Shown: positions 49,826-52,615 of the stretch, one piece after another
Numbering within the stretch: the stretch's first letter is position 1
Layout: each line of letters starts with the position of its first letter
Assembly (NCBI GenBank): GCA_018401295.1
Contig: JAGYLJ010000005.1
Coordinates: forward strand, 1 to 52,615
Direction: 5' to 3'
Origin: a bacterium
GTDB taxonomy: Bacteria > Patescibacteriota > Minisyncoccia > Phycocordibacterales > UBA12079
Length of the DNA: 52,615 nt
Position numbers and translations under genes: made by a program
Notes under the pieces: model-generated
Seen by the model: only the letters and a program-made list of their open reading frames with translations
Databases searched by the model: none
Told to the model about the DNA's origin: nothing

Positions 49826-50006
49826 AAGAGACAAGTGATTGCTATGACTACCAATCATAGGTTCGCAAAAGCGAATTCTCTCCTAGGGACTAAACTTCAG
49901 ATAAATAATTAAGTTGTTTGCCTTAGGCAAAAAATTGGGTGGAACCGCGGAGAAATTCGTCCCAATATTTTAAAAGTATTTTTAAGATATTGGGACGAAT
50001 TTTTTT
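49826..50006 (+). promoter_or_regulatory. T-box riboswitch (Thr) with terminator
   Basis: TTGACA-16-TAGAAT promoter; AATTGGGTGGAACCGCG T-box (49933-49949); terminator AAATTCGTCCCAATAT..ATATTGGGACGAATTTTTT; upstream of thrS. Confidence 0.85.
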
Positions 50007-50057
50007 GTTTATAAAAACAAAACTACCAGTAAATTATTAATTAACAATTAATTTAAA

Positions 50058-50174
50058 ATCCACAAAATTAGATGCAATTCGAGGAGACAAAGAAAAATTT
50101 TCTGAGCCTTACTATTCGGTAAGGTGAAGAGAATTTTTCCGAAGACGACAAAGAAGTGCGCTAATTTTGTGGAT
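50058..50174. repeat. long imperfect inverted-repeat element between T-box and thrS
   Basis: ATCCACAAAATTAG ... CTAATTTTGTGGAT arms with nested CCTTAC/GTAAGG hairpin. Confidence 0.7.
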
Positions 50175-50183
50175 TATAATACT

Positions 50184-51896
50184 ATGGAAAAACAAAGACA
50201 CTCATTAGCACACTTACTAGCTATAGCTGTTCTAAAAAAAGACCCCCAAGCTAAATTAGCCATCGGTCCAGCTATTGAGAATGGTTTTTATTACGATTTC
50301 GATCTTTCCGAAAAGTTAGAAGAAAAAGACTTACCAAAATTAGAAAAAGAAATCAAAAAATTAATTTCTCAAAAATTAGATTTTAAAAAAGAAGAAATTA
50401 CAAAGAAAGAAGCCGCGGAAATCTTCAAAGACCAACCCTATAAATTAGAACTCCTATCTGAATTGGAAGACCCAACCATTTATCGTACCAGTGAATTTGC
50501 TGATTTATGTTCAGGTCCTCATATCCCTGATACTTCAGAGTTAAATCCCGAAGCCTTTAAATTAACCAGTATTGCTGGAGCTTACTGGAAAGGGGATGAA
50601 AAGAATAAAATGTTAACCCGTATCTACGGATTAGCTTTTGAAACTAAAGAAGAATTAGAAAAACATCTAGAAATGTTAAGAGAGGCAGAAATGAGAAATC
50701 ATCGTAAAATAGGTAAAGAAATGGAATTATTTGCTAATATTCAAGAAGTGGGACAAGGTTTACCAATTTGGTTACCTAAAGGTTATGCTATGCGTCGGGT
50801 TTTAGAAGACTATATGCTAAAGATGGAAAGATCATACGGTTATCACCACCTATTGTCACCTCATATCAATAAAGCTGGACTGTTTGAAACTTCTGGACAT
50901 CTTGGTTTCTACAAGGATTCCATGTATGCTCCTCTAGAAATAGATGGCGAAACTTTTTATTTAAAACCAATGAATTGCCCTGCTGCTATGATGGTCTATA
51001 AAATAAAACCAAAAAGTTATCGTGAACTTCCTTTAAAATGGGGGGAGTTAGGCACCGTCTATCGTTACGAAAAATCTGGAGAACTACACGGGTTACAAAG
51101 AGTACGCGGATTTACCCAAAACGATGCTCATATCTTCTGTACACCAGAACAATTGGAAGATCAATTTATGGAAGTTATGGAAATGTTAGAAAGATTCTAT
51201 AAGGATTTAGGATTCACTAATTATACCTACCGTCTTTCGTTATCAGGAGATGATAAAAACAAATATGTAGGAGACCCTAAGGATTGGGATAAGGCTGAAG
51301 AAACTCTCCGAAATGTTTTAATAAAAAGCGGAGTAAAATTCAGGGAGGAAAGAGACGAGGCTGCCTTTTATGGCCCTAAATTGGATGTTCAAGCTATAAA
51401 TGTCTTTGGAAAAGAAGATTCTATTTCAACTATCCAAATTGATTTTAATTTATCAGAAAGATTTGATTTAGAATACATAGATAAAGATGGGGGAAAAAAG
51501 AGACCCTTCGTTATTCATAGAGCTCTGATAGGTTCATTTGAAAGATTTTTTGCTTTTTTGATTGAATACTATGCAGGCAAATTCCCTCTTTGGTTAGCCC
51601 CTGTTCAAATCAAAGTATTATCAATTTCTGATAAACATAAAGAATATGCTCAAGAAATTTATAAAAAATTACTGGCTGAAGACTTCAGAATAGAAAATGA
51701 TACCGATGATGAAAGTCTAGGCAAAAAAATCAGAAAAGCTAAAATGGAGAAAGTCCCCTATCTCTTAATAATTGGTGATAAAGAATTAGAAAGTGGAAAA
51801 GTAACAGTTGAAAGCAGAGATAAAGGAGATCTCGGACAATCATCTTTAGAAAATTTTATTGAAAAAATTAAAACAGAGATTAAAAATAAAAAATAA
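50184..51896 (+). CDS. thrS: threonine--tRNA ligase (no N-terminal TGS domain)
   Basis: RHSLAHLLA, GPAIENGFYYD, DLCSGPH, LKPMNCP, YRYEKSGELHGL.RVRGFTQNDAHIF, IHRA..GS.ERF. Confidence 0.97.
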   Translation: MEKQRHSLAHLLAIAVLKKDPQAKLAIGPAIENGFYYDFDLSEKLEEKDLPKLEKEIKKLISQKLDFKKEEITKKEAAEIFKDQPYKLELLSELEDPTIYRTSEFADLCSGPHIPDTSELNPEAFKLTSIAGAYWKGDEKNKMLTRIYGLAFETKEELEKHLEMLREAEMRNHRKIGKEMELFANIQEVGQGLPIWLPKGYAMRRVLEDYMLKMERSYGYHHLLSPHINKAGLFETSGHLGFYKDSMYAPLEIDGETFYLKPMNCPAAMMVYKIKPKSYRELPLKWGELGTVYRYEKSGELHGLQRVRGFTQNDAHIFCTPEQLEDQFMEVMEMLERFYKDLGFTNYTYRLSLSGDDKNKYVGDPKDWDKAEETLRNVLIKSGVKFREERDEAAFYGPKLDVQAINVFGKEDSISTIQIDFNLSERFDLEYIDKDGGKKRPFVIHRALIGSFERFFAFLIEYYAGKFPLWLAPVQIKVLSISDKHKEYAQEIYKKLLAEDFRIENDTDDESLGKKIRKAKMEKVPYLLIIGDKELESGKVTVESRDKGDLGQSSLENFIEKIKTEIKNKK

Positions 51897-51900
51897 AACA

Positions 51901-51936
51901 AAAAAAGAGCACTGATAATATCAGCGCTCTTTTTTT
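51901..51936. terminator. bidirectional terminator
   Basis: A7-GAGCACTGAT..ATCAGCGCTC-T7 between convergent genes. Confidence 0.75.
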
Positions 51937-51948
51937 ATTTAAAAAATT

Positions 51949-52615
51949 TTAATTAGCCATAAAGAAAACCTGCTCTACAACAACCTCTTTCCTAAGTAAT
52001 CCCGTATATGGAACCTGACTAAGGTATATAAATGTTGAGGTTGGTTCCTGAGGCAAGTAAGAACTGGCTAGATTAACAGTTGGTTGGTTAGATCCGCCTC
52101 CCCCACAATTTTCAGTACAGCCACTGGAAGTAACTGAAATTGAGACTGCACAATTAACAGTTCCACTTGGGCCAGTAAAGATACCACTGTAAGTAGTAGC
52201 ATCACTTGGGGTAATAGACACCGAACCATTTGGATTAACCGAACCGATTCCGTTATCAATTGTAACTGAAGTTACATTAGTAGATGTCCAAGATAAAGTT
52301 GAATTACCTCCTCTCGCTATGGTACCTGGGTTAACCGTTAAGGAACAAGTTGGGGTTGTTATTGGAGGCGTTGAAGTTACAGTAACTGCAGTTGAACAAG
52401 TAACTGTCCCACCAGCACCGACAAAAGTCCCTGTATAAGTAGTAGTTGTAGTTGGGCTAACGGTCCTAGAACCGCTGATAGGACTGACACTACCAATGCC
52501 TTGGTCAATAGTTACTGAAGTCGCATTAGAGGCCGTCCAAGAGATAGATGAACTACTACCTGTTTGAATAGACGCTGGTGTTGAAGTCATAGAACAAGTA
52601 GGAACCGGCAAAGCC
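51949..52615 (-). CDS. Thr/Ser-rich surface protein with tandem Ig/PKD-like repeats (5' part outside the window)
   Basis: Two PTCS....P..I..G.SSTLSWT..N.TSVTID.GIGSV...GS....P..TTYTG.F.G..GTV.C repeats. Confidence 0.75.
   Translation of the reverse strand, partial: ALPVPTCSMTSTPASIQTGSSSSISWTASNATSVTIDQGIGSVSPISGSRTVSPTTTTTYTGTFVGAGGTVTCSTAVTVTSTPPITTPTCSLTVNPGTIARGGNSTLSWTSTNVTSVTIDNGIGSVNPNGSVSITPSDATTYSGIFTGPSGTVNCAVSISVTSSGCTENCGGGGSNQPTVNLASSYLPQEPTSTFIYLSQVPYTGLLRKEVVVEQVFFMAN

Overview
AT-rich chromosomal window from a Patescibacteria/CPR (Parcubacteria-like) bacterium using genetic code 11. It carries housekeeping genes (rplS, rluA-family, ruvX, rpsT, ruvA, ruvB, murC/D/E, polA, tsaE, pilB, rplY, xth, secD/F, miaA, T-box-controlled thrS), six tRNA genes and a lone 16S rRNA gene lacking the canonical anti-Shine-Dalgarno tail. 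Five accessory signals stand out. (1) A complete diversity-generating retroelement (target with 176-bp VR, avd, TR, RT) with 20/20 TR-VR mismatches at adenines; the RT lies in an indel-riddled tract and there is a poly-C tract upstream of the target. (2) A distant paralogue shares the target's N-terminus but swaps its C-terminus at a GC-rich GNVG(I/V)GT-coding motif. (3) A family of structured 170-300 bp elements is arrayed behind four different tRNAs, each ending in a conserved terminus fused at the T-loop of a duplicated tRNA 3' end; a PD-(D/E)XK endonuclease gene abuts one of these tRNAs. (4) At least six stand-alone orphan gene cassettes have boxA-like leaders and strong SD sequences that this 16S cannot pair with, whereas housekeeping genes look leaderless. 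(5) Many palindromic and inverted-repeat elements occur, some in-frame inside genes. Coordinates were counted by eye and no database searches were run.
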